A model generated the notes under the pieces. That model saw only the letters and a list, made by a program, of their open reading frames with translations. It made no database searches and had not been told where the DNA came from. Below are positions 20,632 to 29,149 of a stretch of 32,000 nucleotides of DNA, in pieces; positions within the stretch are counted from its first letter, which is position 1, and each line of letters starts with the position of its first letter. Source of the stretch: Mycolicibacterium smegmatis (GTDB taxonomy: Bacteria; Actinomycetota; Actinomycetes; Mycobacteriales; Mycobacteriaceae); assembly GCF_001457595.1 (NCBI RefSeq), contig NZ_LN831039.1, positions 4,110,001 to 4,142,000 of the forward strand, written 5' to 3'. A program made the position numbers and the translations under genes.

Positions 20632-21768
20632 TTACATCGGAGGCCAGCTCAGCCCAAGGGGCCGTTCGTGTTCGACCGCGGCTACACGCGCGGCGAGATC
20701 GGCGTCGACGCCCCAGCGGATCAGGGACGCTTCCGTGGTGTCCTGCATCGAGGTCTCTCGGCGCTCTGCCGGAGTGCGCGACAGCACTGGAACAGCGGGT
20801 ACCGCGTCAAGGCGGAAATCAGGGTGGCGACTGGCCACGTAGGGGTGGGCGGCAAGTTCGTCAGGTGCCAGCACCGGTGTCACGCACGCATCGATGTCCG
20901 CGAACACTTCAGCCCACTCGTCACGTGATCGCGTCGCGAACGTTTCTTTCAGTGCTGCCTCGATTTTCGGCCAGTTGTCGCGATCGAACTGATTTGGCAC
21001 CTCGCCCAGGTCCAGGGTCGTCCACAGACGTTCGAAGAATGCGTCCTCCAACGCCCCGACCGCAACATAGCGGCCGTCGGCACATTCGTAACACCGGTAA
21101 GCGGGCATGTTTCCCGCCAGGACACCATCTCCACGGCCAGGTAGAGTGCGGTTTCCCCAGTCGGCAAAAGGCATGGCCATCAACGACATGACGCCGTCGA
21201 TCATGGCCGCGTCGATGTACTGTCCGCGGCCTGAACGTTCTCTTTCGAACAAGGCGGCGAGGATCCCGAACGCCGCGAGCATGCCGCCCCCGGCGAAATC
21301 GGCCAGTGTGTTCAGTGGAGGAATGGGCGGCCCGTCGTGTGGTCCGAAAGCTCCCAGAGCACCACTCACAGCGAGATAGTTGATGTCGTGTCCGGCCCGC
21401 TGCGCGAGCGTGCCGGTCTGGCCGTATCCGGTGACGCTGCAATACACCAACTTCGGGTTGACCTCGGACAAAGCCCGGTAGCCCACGCCGAGACGGTCGG
21501 CCACGCCCGGACGAAATCCTTCGAGGAACACATCGGCCCCTTGGACGAGGGCCTGCAGAGCCCGACGGCCGTCTTCGTTCTTGAGGTCGAGCGTGACGTA
21601 CTCCTTGCCCCGCCCGAACGCCGGCACCGGAAGCCCCGATCGGCCGCCGCCGACCACGACGACATCGGCACCAAGGTCAGCGAGGAGCATGCTGCCGTAT
21701 GGGCCCGGCGAGAGCCGTGACATGTCGACGACCCTGACCTTCGAGAGCGGCCCCGCCTTGGTGGTCAT
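20632..21768 (-). CDS. Alpha-methylacyl-CoA racemase-like family III CoA-transferase
   Basis: VRVVDMSRLSPGPYGSMLLADLGADVVVV..., DLKNEDGRRALQALVQGADVFLEGFRPG, NYLAVSGALGAFG, YIDAAMIDGV; start at ATG 21768. Confidence 0.9.
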   Translation of the reverse strand: MTTKAGPLSKVRVVDMSRLSPGPYGSMLLADLGADVVVVGGGRSGLPVPAFGRGKEYVTLDLKNEDGRRALQALVQGADVFLEGFRPGVADRLGVGYRALSEVNPKLVYCSVTGYGQTGTLAQRAGHDINYLAVSGALGAFGPHDGPPIPPLNTLADFAGGGMLAAFGILAALFERERSGRGQYIDAAMIDGVMSLMAMPFADWGNRTLPGRGDGVLAGNMPAYRCYECADGRYVAVGALEDAFFERLWTTLDLGEVPNQFDRDNWPKIEAALKETFATRSRDEWAEVFADIDACVTPVLAPDELAAHPYVASRHPDFRLDAVPAVPVLSRTPAERRETSMQDTTEASLIRWGVDADLAARVAAVEHERPLGLSWPPM

Positions 21769-21809
21769 CGGCGGACCCCTCCCCAAGTCACCATGATGCA
21801 TCGCCTCAT

Positions 21810-21840
21810 ACATCTGAAATATATCTGTGGCATATCTGGA
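21810..21840. promoter_or_regulatory. 11-bp-phased hexamer repeats upstream of racemase-like gene (candidate operator)
   Basis: ACATCT-gaaat-ATATCT-gtggc-ATATCT with starts at 21810/21821/21832. Confidence 0.4.
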
Positions 21841-21976
21841 GGATAGGAAGTCAGCGGTCACAAGGCAAGGGCACCGTGGAAATCTTTTGTAGCCACCTAA
21901 TGGGTGTTGATCGGCGTGCCTCGAACGGATAACCGTCCAGCGCGGGGACGCTGATCACCGAGCCGCTGGCCGGTGA

Positions 21977-22025
21977 GCACTCCTGCCGCCTGGAACGATG
22001 GTCGATTTCTAGGGTTAGATCGTGC
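21977..22025 (+). other. Predicted target-binding loop of the bridge RNA
   Basis: Closed by GCAC (21977-21980)/GTGC (22022-22025). Left guide GCCGCCT (21985-21991) reads as host GCCACCT with one G.T wobble; right guide GGGTTAG (22012-22018) pairs with host CTAACCT with one wobble. Confidence 0.65.
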
Positions 22026-22040
22026 CCCGGCCGGTTGGTG

Positions 22041-22113
22041 AGGTCATCTACAGCGCTCATGGGATGTCGTGCCGGTTCGAGCACTGATCCATTAGGTCGC
22101 CGCCAGATGTCCT
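22041..22113 (+). other. Predicted donor-binding loop of the bridge RNA
   Basis: Closed by AGGTCATCT (22041-22049)/AGATGTCCT (22105-22113), 8/9 paired. Left donor guide TGGGATGTC (22060-22068) is identical to the right end 23384-23392; right donor guide CCATTAG (22089-22095) is the reverse complement of left end CTAATGG (21897-21903). Confidence 0.75.
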
Positions 22114-22158
22114 TCGGCTCGAACGGTTTCATCCACATCGAGCCAAGGAGGCGATGCG

Positions 22159-23370
22159 ATGCTCTTCGTCGGAGACGACTGGGCAGAAGACCACCACGAC
22201 CTGTACCTGATGAACGAGGCCGGCGACAGGCTGGCCTCACGGCGGCTGCCCGAGGGGCTGGCCGGAATTCGACTACTGCACGATCTCATCGCGGCCCACG
22301 CCGATGACCCCGCTCAGGTCGCCGTCGGAATCGAAACCGACCGCGGACTGTGGGTGGAGGCACTGACCGGCGCCGGTTATCAGGTGTACGCGGTCAATCC
22401 GCTGGCTGTGGCCCGCTATCGCGACCGCCACGCGGTGTCGGGAGCCAAGTCCGATGCCGCCGACGCCAAGCTGTTGGCCGATCTAGTGCGCACCGACCGA
22501 CACAACCACCGTCTGATCGCCGGCGACACACCCGACGCCGAAGCGGTCAAGGTCCTCGCGCGGGCGCATCAGAATCTGATCTGGACCCGCAACCGGCACA
22601 CCAACGCACTGCGCTCGGCACTACGCGAGTACTACCCCGCGGCGCTGGAGGCCTTCGACGATCTGTCCGACCGCGACGCGTTGGCGATCCTCGGACATGC
22701 ACCCGACCCCCGACAAGCATCCAGCCTGAGCCTGGCCAAGATCCGCTCCGCACTCAAAGCTGCTGGGCGCCAACGCAACATCGACATCCGAGCCCAGGAG
22801 ATCCAGGCCGCACTACGATCCGAACAACTCGCAGCACCGGCTGCGGTCACCGCGGCGTTCGCAGCGACAACGCGGGCCACCGTCGGGCTCGTCGTCGAGT
22901 TGAGTCGTCAGATCGACGACCTGGAGAACGAACTGGCCGCGCATTTTGAGACGCACCCGGACGCCGACATCTACCGCTCCCTGCCAGGACTTGGTGTCAT
23001 CCTCGGCGCCCGGGTGCTCGGTGAGTTCGGGGACGACCCGAACCGATACACCAACGCCAAGTGTCGCAAAAACTACGCCGGAACCTCGCCATTGACCATT
23101 GCGTCCGGCAGGAAGCGCGCCGTACTGGCCCGCCACATCCGCAACCGTCGGCTCTACGACGCGATCGACCAGTGGGCCTTCTGCGCGCTAACCCGAAGTC
23201 CCGGAGCTCGACAGTTCTACGACCATCGCCGCGCTGAAGGCGACCTCCATCACCAAGCACTGCGGGCTCTGGGCAACCGCCTCGTCGGCATCCTGCACGG
23301 TTGCCTACGCCACCGGACCCGCTACGACGAACACAAAGCCTGGGCACACCGCACACCTGCCGCCGCTTGA
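22159..23370 (+). CDS. IS110-family transposase/recombinase (DEDD/RuvC-like + Transposase_20)
   Basis: MLFVGDDWAEDHHD..., VGIETDRG, SGAKSDAADAKLLADLVR, SLPGLGVILGARVLGEFGD, YAGTSPLTIASGRKR; AAGGAGG upstream. Confidence 0.95.
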   Translation: MLFVGDDWAEDHHDLYLMNEAGDRLASRRLPEGLAGIRLLHDLIAAHADDPAQVAVGIETDRGLWVEALTGAGYQVYAVNPLAVARYRDRHAVSGAKSDAADAKLLADLVRTDRHNHRLIAGDTPDAEAVKVLARAHQNLIWTRNRHTNALRSALREYYPAALEAFDDLSDRDALAILGHAPDPRQASSLSLAKIRSALKAAGRQRNIDIRAQEIQAALRSEQLAAPAAVTAAFAATTRATVGLVVELSRQIDDLENELAAHFETHPDADIYRSLPGLGVILGARVLGEFGDDPNRYTNAKCRKNYAGTSPLTIASGRKRAVLARHIRNRRLYDAIDQWAFCALTRSPGARQFYDHRRAEGDLHHQALRALGNRLVGILHGCLRHRTRYDEHKAWAHRTPAAA

Positions 23371-23430
23371 CAACTTACGCACCTGGGATGTCTAACCTGG
23401 TGCGCATCAGTAGATTTCAATATCAATAGT

Positions 23431-23539
23431 CGACGGAGCCAGGGTCCGTCGCCACCGTCGCCATCCTTGCGTCTCGTAGCTGAAAGCTACCCTTGTCACA
23501 CCTTCCCGCCTGATATATCTTCGGCATATTACGAATATG
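23431..23539. promoter_or_regulatory. Cluster of three perfect inverted repeats upstream of the MFS gene
   Basis: CGACGGA-gccaggg-TCCGTCG (23431-23451); GTAGCT-gaa-AGCTAC (23476-23490); CATATT-acg-AATATG (23525-23539). Confidence 0.5.
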
Positions 23540-23582
23540 GCAGGGCTGATGCAGGCCGTCATCGTCGAGGAAGGCACACGAT

Positions 23583-24914
23583 ATGAACCAGGCTCTCGAC
23601 CGGAAAAGAACCCGCCGTGCGTTCGCGGGGGCGATCAGCGGACATCTCATCGAGTGGTACGACTACGGCGTTTACGGATTCCTCGCCGTCTACGTCGGCG
23701 CCGCGTTCTTCGCCTCTGAGGATCCTTTGGTGAACATGCTCAGTAGTTTTGCGGTGTTCGCCCTGAGCTTCTTCGCTCGTCCGATCGGCGGACTGATCCT
23801 GGGCCCCCTCGCCGACCGGATCGGCAGACGAACCGCTTTGGTCGTGGCCCTGATCATGATGTCCGTCGCGGGATGCGTGATCGGGCTCATTCCCAGTTAC
23901 GACACCATCGGAATCGCCGCACCCATTCTGCTCGTGATCGCCCGTCTGTTCCAGGGACTTTCGGCCGGCGGCGAATACGGGACCGTCGCAGCCTTCCTTT
24001 CGGAGTTCGCCCGGCCGCGCCGACGCGCATTCGCGACCTGCTGGTCGCAAATCGTGGCCATCTGCGGGCTCTTACTGGGCGCCGGTATCGCCAACGGCAT
24101 GACGTTCGTGCTCGGGCCCGAGCGGATGTACGACGGCGCATGGCGGATTCCGTTCCTGCTCTGTGGTCCGCTCGGGGTGATCGCCCTGATCATCCGACTG
24201 AGACTGGAGGAAAGCCCGGAATTCAAGGCCATCACCGAACGCAACGAGGCCTCCCAGACGCCACTGCGTGAACTCCGGGGATATGTTCGTCCCGTTCTGT
24301 TGGTGCTCGGTGTCTGCACCCTCCACAGCTCGATCTTCTACCTGGTGCTCACCTACATGAGCAGCTTCTTGACTGCGAACATGGATTTCAGCAGCGGCGA
24401 CGTGTTCTGGTGGACACTCGGTACCGGCCTGCTTGTCTGTGTGGTGATGCCGCTCGGCGCGATGTATTCGGATCGGGTGGGGCGACGACGGTTCCTGCTT
24501 CCGATTGGCGTCGCAGCCACCGTAGCCATGGTCGGCGTGTTCGTCGCGGCGGACCACGGGTCACGCCCAACCTTCTTGGCTTCACTTGTGGCAGTGTCCT
24601 TGTGCTTCGGGTTGTTCAACTCGTCCACGACGGCGCTGATCACGGAGTTGCTTCCTACCCAGGTCCGCACCACAGGGGTGGCGCTCGGCTACAACCTCGC
24701 TGTCGCCATCTTCGGGGGCAGTGCTCCGTTCATCGCCACCTACTTGGTCTCCCAGACCGGGAGCATCGCCTCTCCTGCCTACTTCTTCGCTCTGACCGGG
24801 CTCGTATCGATCGCGGCGCTTGCAGTGCTGCGACCGAACGACCTGTACGACGAGTCCCCCGCCGCGCCCACCGAAACCGTTCGACGCGGAACGAATTCAG
24901 TACCTACCCCGTGA
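23583..24914 (+). CDS. MFS transporter, metabolite:H+ symporter (MHS) type
   Basis: 443 aa, multiple hydrophobic segments; EWYDYGVYGFLAVYVG, GPLADRIGRRTALV, PTYDTIG-like SYDTIGIAAP, RLFQGLSAGGEYGTVAAFLSEFARPRRR. Confidence 0.93.
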   Translation: MNQALDRKRTRRAFAGAISGHLIEWYDYGVYGFLAVYVGAAFFASEDPLVNMLSSFAVFALSFFARPIGGLILGPLADRIGRRTALVVALIMMSVAGCVIGLIPSYDTIGIAAPILLVIARLFQGLSAGGEYGTVAAFLSEFARPRRRAFATCWSQIVAICGLLLGAGIANGMTFVLGPERMYDGAWRIPFLLCGPLGVIALIIRLRLEESPEFKAITERNEASQTPLRELRGYVRPVLLVLGVCTLHSSIFYLVLTYMSSFLTANMDFSSGDVFWWTLGTGLLVCVVMPLGAMYSDRVGRRRFLLPIGVAATVAMVGVFVAADHGSRPTFLASLVAVSLCFGLFNSSTTALITELLPTQVRTTGVALGYNLAVAIFGGSAPFIATYLVSQTGSIASPAYFFALTGLVSIAALAVLRPNDLYDESPAAPTETVRRGTNSVPTP

Positions 24915-24960
24915 GGTGGCACCTCATTGACCGGAGCACCACCACCGCAAGGAGCATCGT

Positions 24961-26592
24961 ATGATCCCCGATCCAGAGTCACGCGTATACGAGCTGCTGC
25001 GTCAGTACGACGAACCGACCGCGTGCGCAGCAACCCTCATATGTGATCGGCATCCCGATGATGATGTCGCATTCACCGTTGTCGAACCTGATTTGTCAGC
25101 AGCCGATCTCACGTACGGTCAACTACGAGAACAGTCCACAAAGTTCGCAGCGGCACTGTCGGAACTCGGCATCGGGCCAGGCGACCACGTCGCAACGTTG
25201 ATGGGTAAGTCGGCCGAGCTCGTGGTGGCGCTCCTCGGTATCTGGCGTCGCGGTGCGATCCACGTCCCGTTGTTCACTGCCTTCGCCCCGCCTGCAATCA
25301 CCCATAGGCTTCGCGCCAGCGATGCCAGGCTGGTGATCTGCGACGCCGACCAGCTCCACAAGATCACACACGACGACAGCGCGCCCTCGCCTGCGCCGTG
25401 GCGCGTCGTGGTTGCGGGACCGTCCACCACCGACGACGTCCTAGAACTGGCCGGGCTCATCAGGAGGCACGACGGGGTGAGCACTGCAGAGATGACCGCC
25501 GTCACCGGCGGATCCGGGACGTTGGTGGAACTGTTCACCAGCGGAACCACCGGATCTCCGAAAGGGGTTGCGGTCCCACTGCGAGCGCTCGCGTCGTTCC
25601 ACGCATACCAGGAGTTCGGCCTCGACGTCCGCCGAGAGGACGTCTTCTGGAACGCCGCCGACCCAGGATGGGCCTACGGGCTTTACTACGCGATTCTCAG
25701 CCCACTCGCCACCGGAACCCGCAGCATCCTGCTCCACGCCGGATTCTCACCGCCTCTGGTATGGCGGGTGATGGAACGCTTTGGGGTCACCAACTTCACC
25801 GCGGCACCCACCGTCTATCGGAGCCTGCTGACCGATCCAACCTCGGTCCCACCGACGGTACGGCTGCGGCGAGCCTCGTCGGCAGGTGAACCGCTGACCC
25901 CTGATGTCATCTCATGGTCGCGTGCCAATCTCGGCGTCCTTGTCCGAGATCACTACGGGCAGACAGAACATGGGATGTTCATTGCGAACGCCTGGGCCGA
26001 CGGCCTCCGAGACGAGGTGCACGAAGGGTCGATGGGTGCCGTACTGCCGGGCTGGCGATGCAACGTGCTCGATCTCAACACGGTGACCGCAGCGCCATCA
26101 CGAAGGATGGGTCGAGTTGCAATCGACGCCCACAACAGCCCGCTGATGTGGTTCAACGGCTACACGAACGCCCCAGACAAGACTGCGGAGCGCTTCACGC
26201 CGGATGGGCATTGGTATCTGACCGGAGACATCGGGCATGTCGACGATGAAGGAAAATTCCACTTCTGCGGTCGCGACGACGATGTGATCATCATGGCCGG
26301 CTACCGGATCGGGCCATTCGATGTGGAGAGCGTTCTCGTCATGCATCCAAGTGTCATCGAGGCTGCGGTTGTCGCCCGACCCGATCACCTTCGCGGCGAG
26401 GTGCTCGAAGCCTTTGTCGTGCTCCGCGAGGGCACCGAGGGATCCGAAGACCTCGAAAAGGAGCTGCAGACCTTGGTGAAGAAGAAGTACGCGGCCCACG
26501 CCTATCCCCGCACCGTCCATTTCGTCACAGAGCTACCGAAGACCTCCAGCGGCAAGGTCCAACGCCACCTCCTCCGCCGAGGCATGTTGTGA
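24961..26592 (+). CDS. AMP-dependent acyl-CoA synthetase/ligase
   Basis: VELFTSGTTGSPKGVAVP, YGQTEHGMF, GDIGHVDDEGKFHFCGRDDDVIIMAGYRIGPFDVESVL, KTSSGKVQRHLLR. Confidence 0.95.
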   Translation: MIPDPESRVYELLRQYDEPTACAATLICDRHPDDDVAFTVVEPDLSAADLTYGQLREQSTKFAAALSELGIGPGDHVATLMGKSAELVVALLGIWRRGAIHVPLFTAFAPPAITHRLRASDARLVICDADQLHKITHDDSAPSPAPWRVVVAGPSTTDDVLELAGLIRRHDGVSTAEMTAVTGGSGTLVELFTSGTTGSPKGVAVPLRALASFHAYQEFGLDVRREDVFWNAADPGWAYGLYYAILSPLATGTRSILLHAGFSPPLVWRVMERFGVTNFTAAPTVYRSLLTDPTSVPPTVRLRRASSAGEPLTPDVISWSRANLGVLVRDHYGQTEHGMFIANAWADGLRDEVHEGSMGAVLPGWRCNVLDLNTVTAAPSRRMGRVAIDAHNSPLMWFNGYTNAPDKTAERFTPDGHWYLTGDIGHVDDEGKFHFCGRDDDVIIMAGYRIGPFDVESVLVMHPSVIEAAVVARPDHLRGEVLEAFVVLREGTEGSEDLEKELQTLVKKKYAAHAYPRTVHFVTELPKTSSGKVQRHLLRRGML

Positions 26593-26634
26593 CTGGGCAC
26601 CCAACCAGATTGACCAATCATCCAGCAACGAAAG

Positions 26635-28020
26635 GTGTTGTCCTCCATGAGCTCGAACGCCCACAACGTCGCTCCTGCCTGGGCTCTGTCGGCGATCTAT
26701 CCTCTGCAAAACGACCTTCCTGTCCTCGCCGAAACCGACGTGCTCGTCGTCGGCGCGGGAGCTTCCGGCGTCGCTGCGGCGACGACCGCCGCCGAGGCCG
26801 GAAAAAGCGTCCTGATCGTCGAGAAATACGGTTTCGCAGGCGGGGCGGCAGTTGCCGGTATGTCCGGGACGATCTGCGGCATGTACTACGCCACGGCACG
26901 TCCTCGACAGCCCGAGCAGGTGGTGTACGGGTTCACCGAGCGGTTCCGGTCCGCCCTAGCAGCGCGCGGCGGACTGACCGAACCTCAGCTGTATGGCAAG
27001 ACTTTCACCTGTGCGCACGATCCGCACATGTGGGCCGAGGTGGCTGATGAGTTCCTCGAGAATGCGGGAGTACGGATCCTTTTCCATACCGCGGTCACCG
27101 GCGTCGTCATGGACGGTGACCGGTACGCCGGTGTCGTACTCGAATCAAACGCCGGCCGCAGCGTTGTTCTCGCCCAACGTACGATCGACGCGTCCGGAGA
27201 TGCCGCAGTTGTCAGTCGAGCCAACGGCGCCTACTACTTCGGCGCAGACGGACGCATTCAGAACCCGACGATGTTCTTCAGGCTCGCAGACGTCGACATC
27301 GACGAGTTCGACGAGTATTACGGCCAGGACACGATCTGCCCGCCGAAGCTGACCGACATGATCGAGCAAGAACGCAAGGCAGGTGCGAATCTTCCTCGCA
27401 GCCGGATCTGGGTCTTCCGCACTCCTCGCCGGAATGAGTTGATGGTCAACGCTACCCGGGTCGCGGGCAGGGATGGTCGCGCACTCAATGTGATCGACCC
27501 CGAGGACTTCACCGAAGGCGAGGTTGTCGGTCGGCGTCAGGCCCGCGAATACGCCGATTTCTTCCGGAAACACGTCCCAGGCTGTGCGTCGAGCTACCTG
27601 GAAGACACAGGCACCGAGGTCGGCGTCAGGCAGACCCGCAGCATCGTCGGACACGAAACGCTCCGCAACGATGATGTACTCCAGGGGCGTAAGCGTGACG
27701 ACGGTATCTGCCGGGTCCCGTGGCCCATCGAACTGCACGACAGCAAGGGCTCTAACCTGCACTGGCTTCTCGACGATTACTACGAGGTTCCCTATCTGTC
27801 CCTGGTTCCGGTGGCCGGCGAGAACATCATCGTCGCCGGCCGGTGCCTGAGTGCCGAACATGAAGCACTCGCGTCGGCCCGGGTCACGGCTCAGTGCTTC
27901 GAGTACGGACACGCGGCCGGAGTGGCCTCCGTTCTGTCGCTCGACGAGAATCTGCCGTACGCCAAGATCGACGGGCGGGCAGTCCGAAATGCCATGGCCG
28001 CCAACGGGAGCGCTCTCTAG
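26635..28020 (+). CDS. FAD-dependent oxidoreductase
   Basis: TDVLVVGAGASGVAAATTAAEAGKSVLIVEKYGFAGGAAVAGMSG; start either GTG 26635 or ATG 26647. Confidence 0.88.
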   Translation: MLSSMSSNAHNVAPAWALSAIYPLQNDLPVLAETDVLVVGAGASGVAAATTAAEAGKSVLIVEKYGFAGGAAVAGMSGTICGMYYATARPRQPEQVVYGFTERFRSALAARGGLTEPQLYGKTFTCAHDPHMWAEVADEFLENAGVRILFHTAVTGVVMDGDRYAGVVLESNAGRSVVLAQRTIDASGDAAVVSRANGAYYFGADGRIQNPTMFFRLADVDIDEFDEYYGQDTICPPKLTDMIEQERKAGANLPRSRIWVFRTPRRNELMVNATRVAGRDGRALNVIDPEDFTEGEVVGRRQAREYADFFRKHVPGCASSYLEDTGTEVGVRQTRSIVGHETLRNDDVLQGRKRDDGICRVPWPIELHDSKGSNLHWLLDDYYEVPYLSLVPVAGENIIVAGRCLSAEHEALASARVTAQCFEYGHAAGVASVLSLDENLPYAKIDGRAVRNAMAANGSAL

Positions 28021-28039
28021 ACCGCGAAATCGACTGTGG

Positions 28040-29041
28040 TCACACGGGAGTGACCACGACTCCGGTGGCCCTACCCGTCGGGTCGAGCATCCAGCCCATG
28101 CGCTTGCGGGTACGCAGGTTGACGCCGCTGTCGCGGATCGACAGCCACGGCAACCGCTCGCCTATCCGGCGTTCCAAACGGGTGATGTCGGCCAGCGAAC
28201 TCGTCCACACCGTGAACGCGATCGTGGCGTCCCCGGTGATCGAGGCGCACATCCGCAGTTCCGACAGCGTCGACAACGCGGCCACCGTGCGTTCCTGATC
28301 GGCGGGCGACACCGACACCAGCCACGTACTGCTGATCGGATGACCCGAAACCAATTGCGCCACCTCGCACCGGAACGCCACCGTCCCGGACGCCAGCAGC
28401 CGGGCAAGCTGGCGTCGCACGGTCGCCGGATTTCGCCCCGTCACCCGCGCGCAATCCGCGGCGCTCGCTCGCCCGTCGGCGGCGAGAACCTCACGTAGCG
28501 GACCGTCGTCCTCGGGTGGACGCACGCTGCGCGACGGGCGCATCGCCGCGGCTGCGGCCTCGAACGCCGACTCCTGCCGGCGGTCCAGCGCGCCGAGCCG
28601 CCAGTCACCGCCGTGCCGATGCAACGTGGTGATCAATGAGGTGCGCTGCGTCTGTACTCCGGGTTGTGAACTCAGGTCGTCGAGCACGAATTCGGTCAGC
28701 CCCTCGAGGTCGCGAGTGAGAGCGGTGACGAGCAGATCACGTCCGCGCGTGGACTCCTCGACCGTGACCGCCCTGCGGTCGGCGCAGATCGCGGTGACCA
28801 CGTCGGCGCGGGCCCCGGGCACGCAGTCGACCTCGATGAGCGCCATGACGGGCGCCGGATTGCCACCCCGGTGCGCGGTGATCCAGGCCAGGCCCTCCCG
28901 ACGCAGGCGTGCCCAGCGAGCAGCGAGCGTGGCTGGGGTCGTGCGCAGTATCCGCGCCGCGTCCGCCCAGCTGATTCGCGGCGCGATCTGCAGACCGTGC
29001 AACAACTCCAGATCCGATTCGGTCACCACTTCGGAATGCAC
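28040..29041 (-). CDS. Lrp/AsnC-family transcriptional regulator (two-HTH, tandem domain)
   Basis: DLELLHGLQIAPRISWADAARILRTTPATLAARWARLRREGLAWI and a second HTH LREVLAADGRASAADCARVTGRNPATVRRQLARLLASGTVAFR; GTG at 29041 with GAGGAG upstream. Confidence 0.85.
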   Translation of the reverse strand: MHSEVVTESDLELLHGLQIAPRISWADAARILRTTPATLAARWARLRREGLAWITAHRGGNPAPVMALIEVDCVPGARADVVTAICADRRAVTVEESTRGRDLLVTALTRDLEGLTEFVLDDLSSQPGVQTQRTSLITTLHRHGGDWRLGALDRRQESAFEAAAAAMRPSRSVRPPEDDGPLREVLAADGRASAADCARVTGRNPATVRRQLARLLASGTVAFRCEVAQLVSGHPISSTWLVSVSPADQERTVAALSTLSELRMCASITGDATIAFTVWTSSLADITRLERRIGERLPWLSIRDSGVNLRTRKRMGWMLDPTGRATGVVVTPV

Positions 29042-29149
29042 GAGAACGCTCCTCAAACAGATTTCTATGCACGAATCACGGCAATTTTCGCTCGCATCAC
29101 GTGGTGACCACAAACTACCCGCACTGTCCGCCAGTGAGAGGAAGCAAGA

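Larger units (their letters stand above)
21935..22125 (+). ncRNA. Predicted IS110 bridge RNA (approximate limits)
   Basis: 5' hairpins CAGCG-CGGGGA-CGCTG (21938-21953) and TCACCG-N10-CGGTGA (21955-21976), then a target-binding-loop-like segment and a donor-binding-loop-like segment whose words match the host target and element ends next to the CT core. Confidence 0.72.
21897..23391 (+). mobile_element. IS110-family insertion sequence, about 1495 bp, probably intact, flanked by CT core dinucleotides
   Basis: Intact DEDD recombinase ORF; long (262 nt) 5' non-coding end and short (21 nt) 3' non-coding end, as in the IS110 group; ends inferred from guide matches around CT at 21897-21898 and CT at 23392-23393. 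Confidence 0.85.

Noticed and set aside
20382-21191. 269-aa plus-strand Arg/Pro-rich ORF
   Set aside because: Overlaps two conserved minus-strand genes; composition is typical of a GC-skewed spurious frame.
21895-21903. Full 9-nt ACCTAATGG match to the right donor guide region
   Set aside because: Only the 7 nt CTAATGG belong to the element plus core; the leading AC is host flank and probably a coincidental extension, so it was not counted.
23378-23404. Apparent inverted repeat CGCACCTGG...CCTGGTGCG at the IS right end
   Set aside because: It spans the inferred IS/host junction (left arm in the IS, right arm in host DNA), so it is probably incidental rather than a terminal inverted repeat.
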